A DNA stretch of 64,000 nt from an uncultured Candidatus Bathyarchaeia archaeon (GCA_964399485.1 CAYNQS010000001.1:64797-128796), one strand, 5' to 3'; shown: positions 9,234-19,484, counted from the stretch's first letter. Numbers and translations: made by a program. Notes: generated by a model from the letters alone, not told the origin.

Positions 9234-9379
9234 AACATTCACCTCCACTAACAAATGGTTTACGCGTCACTTCAGCTTTTCGACATAAACGCTCTCCAAA
9301 AAGCTGTTGTTAAGAAAATTAACGGACCCTTTTTATTGCAGCCTCAGTTAATCCCTTGAAAGAAAAAAGGGATTATCGG

Positions 9380-9901
9380 ATGACCATTATCATGGATGAC
9401 GCAGGAACTGGTGACCTCCTTTTTGGTGTTGTCATTGGCGCATTCCGCAATTCAACCCAAGAATTCAGATATAACGTTATTGACGTAAAATTTTTTAAAC
9501 CTAGAGCTTTTTCGCGAAAAGCATACCTGAAACAATGCTCAAAGATTGTTTCTAAGCTACTTGCTGGCATGAAACCAAAGCCAGAGGAAGAAATTCACAT
9601 TTGCAGAGGCTACATCTTTGATGAGGCTGTGGAGAAACTAAAACGGAAATATGGAGAAGATCGAATTCGCCGAGTTAAAGTGGTAGGAGAAACGCAAGAC
9701 CTTACAGAAATTGCCTACCTTGATGAAGTAAGGAATTTAGGTTACGAACCTCTTGAAGAAAGAGACAACAGAAGGGCAAAAAGCTTTTTTCACATGATGA
9801 ATTGGCTGAAGAAAAATCCAGACATGCTGAAATATGCAAAAACTGGTTGGCCACGATTGCAAAGGTACAAATTATTCAGGTCAAAAGAGAAGCGCAACTA
9901 A
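9380..9901 (+). CDS. Hypothetical protein
   Basis: ORF open from 9356 (TTG); ATG at 9380. Basic C-terminus; no family recognised. Confidence 0.5.
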   Translation: MTIIMDDAGTGDLLFGVVIGAFRNSTQEFRYNVIDVKFFKPRAFSRKAYLKQCSKIVSKLLAGMKPKPEEEIHICRGYIFDEAVEKLKRKYGEDRIRRVKVVGETQDLTEIAYLDEVRNLGYEPLEERDNRRAKSFFHMMNWLKKNPDMLKYAKTGWPRLQRYKLFRSKEKRN

Positions 9902-10009
9902 TTTTCTGTCTTCGGTAACATGGCACAGTTCGTTGCCGTTACGTCCGAATGCGGCTCTTCATGATAAATTGAAGGTAAACGTTTTTCTGAGGTTTTCACT
10001 GTTCACTTA

Positions 10010-10474
10010 GTGATAACTTTGAAAAACCAAGACTTAGAGTTTGCCAAGTTGAAGCTGATAAAGGAAGATCTGAGTTTAGTAATCGTGAAGAAAGGAAAAG
10101 TTATTTTTGAAACAAAGAAGCAGGGAATAAGCGGTTTTCTACAAGCCATCGAGAAGCTGGATAAAAATTTGGTTGCAGCCTCAGCAGCTGATAAGATTGT
10201 TGGGGTGGCTGCAGCCATGCTCTGTGTCTATGCTGGGGTGGCTTCTGTATTTGCCTTGACCGTCAGTGAGGAGGGAATCAGGGTGCTTGAAGACAACAAT
10301 ATTGCATGTCTGTTTGAAAAGAAAGTTTCGAATATCCTGAACCGCGACAAAAATGATGTGTGTCCCTTCGAAAAACTGGCTATTTCCTCTAGAAGCCCAG
10401 ATGAGGCTTATGTGAAGTTGAAGTCCTTAGCGAGTCAAATGATGAGAAAATCAACAGAAACTAATGATGACTAA
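10010..10474 (+). CDS. DUF1893 (TM1506-like) protein
   Basis: 154-aa ORF. GISGFL, ADKIVGVAAA and CPFEK segments resemble the DUF1893 family. Confidence 0.65.
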   Translation: MITLKNQDLEFAKLKLIKEDLSLVIVKKGKVIFETKKQGISGFLQAIEKLDKNLVAASAADKIVGVAAAMLCVYAGVASVFALTVSEEGIRVLEDNNIACLFEKKVSNILNRDKNDVCPFEKLAISSRSPDEAYVKLKSLASQMMRKSTETNDD

Positions 10475-10523
10475 CTGCGTTATTATTTTCGAGAAAAAAA
10501 GAAAGGGGGTTATTGTTTCAATC

Positions 10524-11480
10524 CTATGATGTTGGCGACGGAATCAGTATAGGTGTTCCGTCAGGAGCCATTATCAGCATGTCAATGTCCGGAGCTATCT
10601 TCTCTAGAGTTTGTACCACAAGATAAAGTTCTGCAACTCTAGTTTCGTTGCTTGAATCCACTCCTGCAGCCTCAAGAACCATTTCTATAGCCGCCCTTGT
10701 TGCATTCGCCTCGATAACTGTCGCATTTGCTTTTGCTGCCGCTTCAATTGTTATTTTCTCGGCAGTTGCTGTGGCGTTGATAATTACTATTTGTCTCTCG
10801 AAGTCTGCTTGGATTTTCTGCTGTTCCGCAACCAGTTTGTCCTCGATTGCTGAAGTGTATTTTGCGGGGTATCCTATGTTTCTGAGTTCAAACTCGAAGT
10901 CTATTAATGCTCCGGCTAGAGGGGCTGATGTGCTAATTTTGTTCCAGATTGCGTCCCGTATGGTTTGAGCCACAAAATCTCTCCTCTCAATTGTTTCGAT
11001 TGTGTTAAATTCCTTTGTGACTATTCTGACCTGCTCTCGTGCAATAGATGCTATAACATCATTTTTCCAGTTCTTTTGGGGCAGATTCTCATACAGTTGC
11101 TTAACATTCGGAGGGTCAAGCCTCCACCTCATCATGATGTCAATCTCCATCTCCAACTGGTCTTTTGAGAAACTTTTTACGGTCTCAAAGTCTGCTGTGC
11201 CGTCGGTTCCGTCACCCCACATTCCCAATGTGTCTACCGCAACTTTGATTTGGACGGGATTGACCCAAGGAGCTTTGATTGCCCAAGTTGGACCCAAGAT
11301 CGGTTCACTGATTGTGCCTGCTATGGGGTCAACCATTAGGACTGCATTGCCTACCGGAACGTTGACCCACATGGTTGAGAAGAAGATCACTGTGGAAAAT
11401 GCTGCCACCACTAGAATTATGATCAGGGCTATTCCTATTTTAGGATTGATTCTAATTTTAGGTTCATATTCAATATTCAT
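10524..11480 (-). CDS. SPFH/band-7 (prohibitin-like) membrane protein
   Basis: N-terminal TM helix, SPFH-like core and Ala/Glu-rich coiled C-terminus. Start set at the ATG 4 nt after GGAGGTGA. Confidence 0.8.
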   Translation of the reverse strand: MNIEYEPKIRINPKIGIALIIILVVAAFSTVIFFSTMWVNVPVGNAVLMVDPIAGTISEPILGPTWAIKAPWVNPVQIKVAVDTLGMWGDGTDGTADFETVKSFSKDQLEMEIDIMMRWRLDPPNVKQLYENLPQKNWKNDVIASIAREQVRIVTKEFNTIETIERRDFVAQTIRDAIWNKISTSAPLAGALIDFEFELRNIGYPAKYTSAIEDKLVAEQQKIQADFERQIVIINATATAEKITIEAAAKANATVIEANATRAAIEMVLEAAGVDSSNETRVAELYLVVQTLEKIAPDIDMLIMAPDGTPILIPSPTS

Positions 11481-11511
11481 TTTTTCACCTCCCCTATACA
11501 TTTAAAACTAA

Positions 11512-11542
11512 CCAGAAAAACTTGCTGTTTGTGTTGTATCAC
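11512..11542 (+). repeat. Degenerate M1-like copy
   Basis: CCAGAAAAACTTGCTGTTTGTGTTGTATCAC shares the M1 leader and part of the hairpin region. Confidence 0.35.
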
Positions 11543-11727
11543 GGAGTTGAAAAGCCCACCTTATCTTACCCTTTTACGTTATACACGCTTTCAATATACT
11601 CAACTTACTCTAAATATTTTTCTAAAATAGTATATATGCCTCTATTGAATCTATATAGCCACAATTGACGTTCAGAGCTACATCCGTCTCTATAGACCTC
11701 AAAAACAGGAGCAGCACCAAGAACTTC

Positions 11728-12186
11728 CTAACTTAAACTTGTTTTAACAATCTTCTCGGCAACGGTTTTTCCCAGTTTGCGACAATCCTCTAAACCTTTT
11801 TTGTCTGGATTGTATTTTATGCGTAGAGCGGGTTCTATGACGTCCATTCCAAATCGGTTCTTCATGATCTCCAGCAGCATATTTGGAGCTTCTCCGCTCC
11901 AGCCGTATGAGCCGAAGGCTGCTCCCACCTTGCCTTTGAGGTCTATTTCCTCCTTGGATGCGGCTTCTAGGAGGTTCTTCATGTCTATGCCTATGTCATG
12001 GTAGTATGTGGGCATCCCCAAAATTATCGCATCTGCCTCTGCCAACTCTTCTGGTTTAACAAAATATTTCAGTTCTACGTTAACTCCTACGACTGATTTT
12101 GCTCCTTCTTCAACCGCCTTAGCCATCTTTTCGGTGTTACCTGTTTGGCTGTAATAGACGATAAGCAGCTTAAGCATGTTCGCCAA
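11728..12186 (-). CDS. Flavodoxin-like protein
   Basis: LLIVYYSQTGNTEKMA FMN-binding loop; 152 aa. Confidence 0.8.
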   Translation of the reverse strand: MANMLKLLIVYYSQTGNTEKMAKAVEEGAKSVVGVNVELKYFVKPEELAEADAIILGMPTYYHDIGIDMKNLLEAASKEEIDLKGKVGAAFGSYGWSGEAPNMLLEIMKNRFGMDVIEPALRIKYNPDKKGLEDCRKLGKTVAEKIVKTSLS

Positions 12187-12315
12187 GTTTTAATCCCTCA
12201 AATATGTAGATGTAACTGAGAAAAGATAACCTTTGCGCGTGCTATAATAGAAAATAGACTTTGGAATGCCGGAATGATTTTTAAATGAATTCTTGATGTT
12301 ATTAGTTTAGACAAG

Positions 12316-13128
12316 ATGGGAAGTGGTGGTATGGGTGTGACAGAAACTGCTGATATAGGAATCATAGGTGGAACAGGCGTCTATGACCAAGAAAGTTTCG
12401 AGGATATCAAAGAAATTAAAGTGTTCACTCCTTTCGGTGAAACGTCGGATCTGGTTTCCGTTGGCATTTACAAGAACATTAAGGTGGCGTTTATACCTAG
12501 GCATGGCAGAAACCACACGATTCCTCCTCACAGAGTCAATTACCGGGCTAACGTGTGGACGCTAAAGAAGTTAGGCGTCAAAAGAATAATTGCTTCAGCA
12601 GCCGTGGGAAGTTTACGGGAGGATTATGGTCCAGGAACTTTTGTTATTCCAGACCAGTTTATTGACCGAACCAAAAAACGGTTAGACACTTTTTATGAAG
12701 GGGGACAAGTTTGTCACATATCCGCGGCAGATCCTTTCTGTGAGCAACTTCGACAGGTTTTCATAAAAAATGCAAAGAAAATAGGGTTAGATGTCAAAGA
12801 TAGTGGAACATACGTTTGTATTGAAGGTCCAAGGTTTTCAACTAGAGCCGAGTCCAGACTTTTTCAGATGTGGAAAGCGGACGTGGTGGGGATGACCATT
12901 TATCCTGAGTGTGTTTTGGCTAGAGAAGCGGAACTGTGTTATGTTTCAATTTCCATAGTTACCGACTATGATGTGTGGGCTGAAAGTCCGGTGTCTACAA
13001 AAGAGGTAATAGAAAAAGCGCATAAGAGTAACGAAGACCTAAAGAAGCTAATTCTGGAGGTACTTCCACAAATACCAAAAACCAGAGATTGCAAATGCGG
13101 CTCAGCACTAAAAGATGCACTGATGTAA
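12316..13128 (+). CDS. mtnP: S-methyl-5'-thioadenosine phosphorylase
   Basis: GIIGGTG, FIPRHGRNHTIPPHRVNYRAN, VGMT motifs of the MTAP/PNP family. Confidence 0.9.
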   Translation: MGSGGMGVTETADIGIIGGTGVYDQESFEDIKEIKVFTPFGETSDLVSVGIYKNIKVAFIPRHGRNHTIPPHRVNYRANVWTLKKLGVKRIIASAAVGSLREDYGPGTFVIPDQFIDRTKKRLDTFYEGGQVCHISAADPFCEQLRQVFIKNAKKIGLDVKDSGTYVCIEGPRFSTRAESRLFQMWKADVVGMTIYPECVLAREAELCYVSISIVTDYDVWAESPVSTKEVIEKAHKSNEDLKKLILEVLPQIPKTRDCKCGSALKDALM

Positions 13129-13168
13129 TTTTGACGATCAGCCAATCTTGAATTATTGAACTTCAGGA

Positions 13169-13825
13169 TTATTTCTTTGTGTTGTCCTGAATGAGGTTCC
13201 GCCGTTTAAGTTCTCGTAGAACATAAGCTATCGTTTCTTCATTTGTGTCAATCGTGTAGAATTGCTTCAGTTCCTTCCTGATTTGTGCAACGTCAACATC
13301 GCCAGTAGGGCTCACTGAGAGGCGCGCACAGACCTTCGGAACAATATTGCACATGTCCTCTGTGAAGTTCCAAGGGAATATAACCCAGCGCCAATCCATC
13401 TCCTCGCCAAAGTAGTCCGGCTTAAACTTTGAGCTTGTTATGTGCCTCAGTGCAGCGGTTCTGACCTCGGAAGGATTCAGCGATTTGATATACTCAACTG
13501 CCACCTGCATGCTTTCACCCGTATCGGTGATATCGTCTACAATCAGCACCTTTTTTCCATTCAAGTCGACTTTAAATGGATACTTCAGCTTAGCTTTCCC
13601 GTCTGGTGTTGCTGTTACTCCCCAGTGCTCAACCTTCAGGCTTACTAGGTCCTTGACGCCTATCAAGTCGCAGAGAATCCGAGCTAAGACCCAGCCTCCC
13701 CGAGCTAAACCGACTATCAGGCCAGGTTTGTAGGCTGAACCGTTAATTTTCTTTGCCACTTTCCTAGCTAAATTGTAAAAAAGGTCCCAGTCCATGACTT
13801 CACATTCGAAACAATCTGCAGACAT
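13169..13825 (-). CDS. Purine phosphoribosyltransferase (Hpt/Gpt-like) with C-terminal extension
   Basis: PRPP-binding loop VLIVDDITDTGES. Start placed at the ATG 8 nt after AAGGTG; the ORF is open to 13873. Confidence 0.8.
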   Translation of the reverse strand: MSADCFECEVMDWDLFYNLARKVAKKINGSAYKPGLIVGLARGGWVLARILCDLIGVKDLVSLKVEHWGVTATPDGKAKLKYPFKVDLNGKKVLIVDDITDTGESMQVAVEYIKSLNPSEVRTAALRHITSSKFKPDYFGEEMDWRWVIFPWNFTEDMCNIVPKVCARLSVSPTGDVDVAQIRKELKQFYTIDTNEETIAYVLRELKRRNLIQDNTKK

Positions 13826-13946
13826 TGGAGACGCACCTTTTTTCTTTTCGCTGATTAATTCATTAGCTTCCAATATTATAGTTTCGCCTTTTTCTCACCC
13901 AGTCGATTCTAATAGTGCTCTCTGTTCTTTTCAGTCCAGGACAAAA

Positions 13947-15734
13947 TTACTCCGTACTCATGTAATAGTATTCGCCCATCTTCTTTTGTTCCCGGTCTAG
14001 CCTAGAACCTTCCTTGTTCACTCTGGGTCTTTTCGTTTGTGGGTCTCTTCGAAAAGTGATTGTCATGTCCTCTAGAAAGCTGTTCATGCCCTTGCGAAGG
14101 TCTGTGGGCTGATTAGCAAAACCACGAATTCCCGGCTCTCCAGTGAAAATCATGAGGCGGTCAGCTATGAAATCTTGCGTCACCACATCATGCTCTACCA
14201 CGAAAGCTGTTACTTGTCTGTTTTCGATTACATGCCGAATCGTCCGAGCCACAGACAATCGGTCCTCCACATCCAAGTAGGCACTCGGCTCGTCGAGAAG
14301 ATACAGTTCTGCCCCACGGGATAGACAGGCTGCGATGGCGACTCTCTGAAGCTCCCCTCCGCTGAGCTCAGTTACTTCGCGGTCAAGGAGAAGCTGCATT
14401 TTGAGGGGCTGCAGAATCTGGCTGTGATATAGACTTGTTTGGAACTCTTTTTCAGCCGTCTCTTTCAGCAGTTCCTCAACGGTGCCGCTGTACTGCGGCG
14501 AGATATATTGGGGCTTGTAACTTACTTTCAGCCCCTCCTCAGCGGATGTTTCTCCAGAATCTGCTTCCTCTATTCCCGCAAGTATCTTCACAAAGGTGGT
14601 TTTTCCAATTCCGTTGGGTCCAAATATTCCAACCACCTCTCCCCGCTTCACCTTCCCCGGCACCGCCTGAAACTCAAACTCCCCGAAGGATTTCTTGATT
14701 TCACTCCACTGAAGCATCGGCTCACCCACGGTTAATCCGGTGGCTGGAGGCTTCACGTGAAAGATTATGGAATCCTTTCTGAAGCGCACGTTCTCGTCAG
14801 GGATATAGCCTTCAAGGTAAATGTTTATTCCAACTCTTACTCCGTGGACATGGGAGACTACTCCGTAAACTCCGGGGTCACCATAAAAGACGCAGATTTG
14901 ATCTGACAGATAATCGAGAATCGCCAAATCATGCTCTGCAACAATAACCGTTTTTCCGTCTTCTTTGAGTGTTCGAATAGCCCTTGCTACCTGCAGCCGC
15001 TGCTTCACATCCAAGTAGCTGGCAGGCTCGTCGAAGAGGTAAACGTCCGCTTCTCTGCAGATAGAGGCGGCGACAGCCACCCGTTGGAGTTCTCCGCCGC
15101 TCAAAACCTCCAGTTTTCTGTTCCAGACTGTCTCAAGTTGAAGCTTTTTGGTGAGCTGACTCAACTTGTTTCGCTCGTCGACTTTTTCAAGAAGCTCTCC
15201 TACCTTGCCAGAGACAATCCGAGATATTCGATCTACATACTGGGGCTTGTGCACCACCTTCATGTTTCCCTCGCTTAGTCTCTGAAAATATTCCTGGAGG
15301 GTTGAGCCGCGGAAATGTTTAATCAGTTCTGTCCACTCTGGGGGGTCGTCATATTTTCCTAGGTTCGGTTTGATTTCTCCAGCAAGAATGTGGAGTGCAG
15401 TGGTTTTTCCTACACCATTTTGTCCCAGAAGACCCAGAACTACGCCTGGGGAGGGTGTGGGGAGACGAAAGAGTTTGAAGGTGTTGGGTCCGAAGCGGTG
15501 GCTGCAATCTTCCTCCAGTTCGTCCGCCAAGTTGACTATGGAGATGGCTTTGAATGGGCATTTCCTAACGCAGATGCCGCATCCTACGCATAGGCTTTCC
15601 ACGATCTGAGGCTTGTCCCCCTCGAATACGACTGCTTCAATCTTGTTTCTCACCGGCGGACAGAAACGATAGCATGGTCTACCGCAACGTTTGGATTCAC
15701 ATCGTTCCTCGTCGAGAACCGCTATCCGAACCAT
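13947..15734 (-). CDS. abce1: ABCE1/RLI ribosome-recycling ATPase
   Basis: N-terminal double 4Fe-4S ferredoxin motifs (CVGCGICVRKCP), two ABC cassettes (GQNGVGKTT / GPNGIGKTT, two LSGGELQRV signatures); 595 aa. Confidence 0.95.
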   Translation of the reverse strand: MVRIAVLDEERCESKRCGRPCYRFCPPVRNKIEAVVFEGDKPQIVESLCVGCGICVRKCPFKAISIVNLADELEEDCSHRFGPNTFKLFRLPTPSPGVVLGLLGQNGVGKTTALHILAGEIKPNLGKYDDPPEWTELIKHFRGSTLQEYFQRLSEGNMKVVHKPQYVDRISRIVSGKVGELLEKVDERNKLSQLTKKLQLETVWNRKLEVLSGGELQRVAVAASICREADVYLFDEPASYLDVKQRLQVARAIRTLKEDGKTVIVAEHDLAILDYLSDQICVFYGDPGVYGVVSHVHGVRVGINIYLEGYIPDENVRFRKDSIIFHVKPPATGLTVGEPMLQWSEIKKSFGEFEFQAVPGKVKRGEVVGIFGPNGIGKTTFVKILAGIEEADSGETSAEEGLKVSYKPQYISPQYSGTVEELLKETAEKEFQTSLYHSQILQPLKMQLLLDREVTELSGGELQRVAIAACLSRGAELYLLDEPSAYLDVEDRLSVARTIRHVIENRQVTAFVVEHDVVTQDFIADRLMIFTGEPGIRGFANQPTDLRKGMNSFLEDMTITFRRDPQTKRPRVNKEGSRLDREQKKMGEYYYMSTE

Positions 15735-15868
15735 CTTTCATCAATACATCCATTAATGTAGGATAATACAAAGAATAACATGCCTATCTTGGGTTAATTT
15801 AGGCTTATGGACTCTATGCATAACCACTGAAAAACCACACGGGGATATAAAACTCTTCGCGAGGTTTT

Positions 15869-15905
15869 TGGTGCGGTCGTCGGGGTTTGAACCCAAGCTG
15901 GACGC
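15869..15905 (-). other. Orphan tRNA 3'-end-like fragment (T-arm + acceptor 3' strand + CCA), no 5' half found
   Basis: The minus strand reads TTGGG-TTCAAAC-CCCGA-CGACCGC-A-CCA, preceded by a GC-rich CTGCGCGCG tract. No GCGGTCG acceptor partner or D-arm within 130 nt upstream. Confidence 0.45.
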
Positions 15906-16035
15906 GCGCAGTTACTTGGGTTTTCTGAATACTAATTTGAAAGTTGCCTTTAATAAGAAAAAATAGCACCTGATCTTTTAGTTGGATTAAAAAAAGGTGG
16001 GAGTTTGAGCCGAGATGCTTCTGTGCATCGTCAGA

Positions 16036-16842
16036 TTATTGTTTCTCCCGTTTTTTTGAGCGTTTCTGTAGATATTGTTGTCCGACGAGCAGCGAGATTG
16101 ATGACAGGAAAACCATGACTGCGAAGGTTAAGCCCTCTGGAATAGTCTCCATAATAGAATAAGTTTGTCCCCACTCGTCGGGAACGTCAACGCTTGAGTC
16201 GGGCCATGCTTGTACCCCAGCTTCACTGTTACTTTCGTCGTATGCCGCCACTCTAACACATTGATCAGGGCCTGACTGAAGGGCCGAATGATCCATAACC
16301 ATTTCAACGATGTAGTGTGGAGTGCTGTTAGTTGGAGACTCACTTATTGAATCAACTATTTCGATGCTTTCTCCCCAAGTTAATTCATCGGTTTCAACCC
16401 AGCCTGATCCATCGCCTCTGTAAACCGTAAGCCCTGATTGATCGTGACCCACAAAGTCTACCCTAATATCGTCTGCATTCGGAGCAGAACCACCATCCGC
16501 GCTACCATCCAAACATAATTGCCAATAGTCTCCTGCATCATCAGTGTCGTCATCGTAAAATTCGATAATCCAAAACACGGGGATACCAGAATATCCACTA
16601 CCACTACTCATCAACCAATTCGTTCTGAAAACAACATTGAGGTCACCGTCCATTTGATGTTCCATATCAACGTCAGTCCATTCGTCAGATGGTGTCCACT
16701 CGCCATCTATGGTAGGTTCTGTCACAGCCATATAGTGGTCAAATTCATATCCCGTTTGATATGCGGTAGCGATTCCTGCATTTGCTAGCAAACCTAAACT
16801 CAACAACGCAATTATACAGAAAGTCACACCAATTTTCTTCAT
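16036..16842 (-). CDS. Secreted CBM9/DOMON-like protein with C-terminal PEx anchor (paralog of 3220..3999)
   Basis: Signal peptide, PTIDGEWTPSDEWTD, AGVQAWP...VDVPDEWG, C-terminus IPEG + hydrophobic helix + KRSKKREKQ. Confidence 0.75.
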   Translation of the reverse strand: MKKIGVTFCIIALLSLGLLANAGIATAYQTGYEFDHYMAVTEPTIDGEWTPSDEWTDVDMEHQMDGDLNVVFRTNWLMSSGSGYSGIPVFWIIEFYDDDTDDAGDYWQLCLDGSADGGSAPNADDIRVDFVGHDQSGLTVYRGDGSGWVETDELTWGESIEIVDSISESPTNSTPHYIVEMVMDHSALQSGPDQCVRVAAYDESNSEAGVQAWPDSSVDVPDEWGQTYSIMETIPEGLTFAVMVFLSSISLLVGQQYLQKRSKKREKQ

Positions 16843-17213
16843 TTTTCTACAATACCCCTTATCGATGCCAATGCATATCTGTTGTGTTTGCTTAAAAAAC
16901 TTTTATGTGTCAAAAATTAGTGAAATAGGCGCGTAAGAATGATGAGCTGTCAATGTGCGTGCAGGAGTCTACGGTAGCCTCTTCGTAAGTTAATTCGGTT
17001 TTTCGGTGAGCTTATTCTTTTCGGGAACCTTGAGCATTCACTTCTTTTGTTAGGCTTGTCTTGCGGCAGAAAAGATAAGGGACGGCGAAATATTAGCTTA
17101 ATATTCTTACCTCAAATGCTTGAAGATACGTTTAAATCTAGACAATGCAGAGATTTAGTTGCCTAGTTGCTGTGTGAAAAAAGTTTTTACCAGGATTTAG
17201 GCGGTGAATTAAA

Positions 17214-17909
17214 TTGGAGTACGAAATTAAGTATAAGCCCTCGTATTCGATGCTTGTTGTCAAGTTGGAGCCTAACGAATCTGTAACTGCAGAAGCCGGC
17301 GCCATGACCTACATGGAACCCAACATAGACGTGAAGACACGTAAACGGGAAAAGAGCCTCTTAGGCACCTTGAGTCTCGCCCTCTTGGGGCGGCAATCCT
17401 TCTTTGTAAACGATTACAGAGCCCAGAAAGGTTCAGGTGAAGTTGCTTTCGTTTCTGCTCCGGTCGGCGACATCGAAACGTTGGAGGTGAAGCCAAACCA
17501 AGGCTACATCATACAATCTGCCTCATACATTGCATCCACACAAAAAGTGGACTTGGACATGAAATGGCAGGGATTCACGAAGGGGCTCTTCGGACAGGGG
17601 CTTTTCATGATAAAGGTTTCAGGGGAAGGCAAACTCTTCATCAACACTTTCGGTGCCATCGACAAGCACACCCTGGAAGCCGGCAAATCATTGATTGTCG
17701 ACAACTTTCATCTCGTGGCTTTCAGCGATAGCTGCGACTATGATGTCCGAAAGTTTGGTGGATTAAAATCAACTATTCTCGGCGGCGAGGGGCTGGTTAC
17801 GGAGATAAGAGGTCCCGGCGACGTGTACATTCAAACCAAAAATCTGAGAGAATTCGTGGAATGGCTCTGGACACTCCTTGGACCCAGAGTTAAATCAAGG
17901 GCAAGATAA
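17214..17909 (+). CDS. TIGR00266/AIM24 family protein
   Basis: Collinear with the family pattern (EAGAMTYME, LFGQGLFMIKVSGEG, GGEGLVTEIRGPGDVYIQT). TTG start after GGCGGTGA. Confidence 0.75.
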   Translation: MEYEIKYKPSYSMLVVKLEPNESVTAEAGAMTYMEPNIDVKTRKREKSLLGTLSLALLGRQSFFVNDYRAQKGSGEVAFVSAPVGDIETLEVKPNQGYIIQSASYIASTQKVDLDMKWQGFTKGLFGQGLFMIKVSGEGKLFINTFGAIDKHTLEAGKSLIVDNFHLVAFSDSCDYDVRKFGGLKSTILGGEGLVTEIRGPGDVYIQTKNLREFVEWLWTLLGPRVKSRAR

Positions 17910-18028
17910 AAAAACCAAAAAACAAACAGCTGACTATCTTTTCTTTTTTCAGTAGACCTATAAGACAAAGTTAGAAAGTTTGGGTAGAACCTTAATAGAA
18001 CCTTCAACATATTCGATTCGGCGAAAAC

Positions 18029-18646
18029 ATGACAGTTCTGAAAGCAACAAAAAGCAACATCATGGTTGCCGCTCAGATTGTGAGACGGGGCGGGTTGGCT
18101 GTCTATCCAACCGAAACCGTGTACGGTTTAGGATGCGACCCACTCAATATTGAAGCCGTGAAGCGAATTCTGGACGTGAAGGGCGAACGAAACAAGCCTC
18201 TGCCCATATTAGCATCAAGCATTGGCGACGCCGATAAGATAGCCTTCATTTCCCTGAATGGGAAGCGGCTTGCTGTGAAGTTTTGGCCTGGACCGCTCAC
18301 AATGGTTTTTCCTAAGAAGTCTGCTCTTCCAGATGTTGTTACTTTTGGTTTGGATTCTGTGGGCTTGAGAATACCCGACAATGATGTAGCGCTTCATCTG
18401 ATTGGCTTGTCTGGGGGTCTGTTGATTGGGTCAAGTGCCAACAGAACGGGAGAAGAGCCTCCGCGGCAGGTTCAGGAAATCTCTAGGGAAGTGAATGAGA
18501 TGGTGGATGTTGTTCTTGACGGTGGAGCTGCAGCTCAGGGGATGCCGTCGACAGTGGCTGATTTGACTTCAGAAAAGCCGAGAATCCTCAGGGAGGGTCC
18601 CATAAGCCTCAAGGAGATTTTGGATGCGTTAGCTCTTGGTGCCTAG
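18029..18646 (+). CDS. tsaC: L-threonylcarbamoyladenylate synthase (Sua5/YrdC/TsaC, short form)
   Basis: YPTETVYGLGCDP, SSANRTGE and STVADL motifs. Confidence 0.9.
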   Translation: MTVLKATKSNIMVAAQIVRRGGLAVYPTETVYGLGCDPLNIEAVKRILDVKGERNKPLPILASSIGDADKIAFISLNGKRLAVKFWPGPLTMVFPKKSALPDVVTFGLDSVGLRIPDNDVALHLIGLSGGLLIGSSANRTGEEPPRQVQEISREVNEMVDVVLDGGAAAQGMPSTVADLTSEKPRILREGPISLKEILDALALGA

Positions 18647-19195
18647 CAGTGCCATGCGTTCGATCACTAGATCGGTTATTGCCTCTTTTTCTAACCCTTT
18701 TTTTTCCAGTTTAGCTTCGAATTCAAGGTGAGAAATCCCGAATAACTTTTTGATGACCACGATTTTTTTGGCTGTCAGTTCTAGTGCGCTGTCGTCTCGT
18801 TCGCCAGGAACTGTTTTGGTGACTAGGCGTAGATAGTCAGATTTTCTGTGCCTGTTTTCTGTTATTATCAGCGCTGCTACTTCTGAGGAGTCCTGTTTGA
18901 TTCCCAGCATGTTCACAGCCTTTTTTATCTGTCTTTGGGCAGAAGCGTAGAGGAGAGCCTCAACCGCCAGATTGTTTGATATATTTGCGTTTTTTTCGAA
19001 GGCGCTCAGCGCGTTTAAAGCTGCAAAATACAGGTGTTGAGGACCTGCCACATGTTTGGCGTCAAAAAACTGAACCGAGGCTCCACTGTCTTCTTTTCTG
19101 AAGTGTTCAAGAAAAGCGTTGACGTCCTCTATCTGCACGTTCCTGAAACCAACTATAGTGATGTTTTCGTTGGGTTCTTCCGCTCTTTCGTTCAT
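18629..19195 (-). CDS. cgi121: Cgi121-like KEOPS subunit
   Basis: About 188 aa from MNERAEEP, with a helical C-terminal half resembling archaeal Cgi121. Converges on and overlaps tsaC by 18 nt. Confidence 0.6.
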   Translation of the reverse strand: MNERAEEPNENITIVGFRNVQIEDVNAFLEHFRKEDSGASVQFFDAKHVAGPQHLYFAALNALSAFEKNANISNNLAVEALLYASAQRQIKKAVNMLGIKQDSSEVAALIITENRHRKSDYLRLVTKTVPGERDDSALELTAKKIVVIKKLFGISHLEFEAKLEKKGLEKEAITDLVIERMALLGTKS

Positions 19196-19484
19196 TGTTA
19201 TTCCCTGAAGACTTCTTTGATTAACCGTTCCGCAAGTTCCCTGTTTAGCTCGAAACTGATTAGCTTTTCTTTTGCATCTTCCACAGTTAACTTGCTGATT
19301 CATGGAGTTAGCTGAGTTATTTGTTCATGCTGGGTAAGGCAATTTAAGAGTATCTAAAGTTGAGGCTCCTGTTTTAGGTTTCGAGGTTCTTTCTTTGGCG
19401 GATACGTCTGTTTCTGAGTTATGTTTTTGACTGTAATAACGATTATATAAATTAGGAGCCGATTTCTGGTGTAGAGGCTCAATT

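Noticed and set aside
16952-16967. 16-nt exact repeat AATGTGCGTGCAGGAG, also present at 22913..22928
   Set aside because: A rough estimate gives on the order of one identical 16-mer pair by chance in a 64-kb window when both strands are counted. The flanks show no further similarity, and one copy overlaps a stop codon.
16935-16995. Possible C/D-box small RNA (AATGATGAG C-box-like sequence)
   Set aside because: No CTGA D or D' box and no terminal pairing within the expected 50-70 nt. A single C-box-like heptamer is expected by chance.
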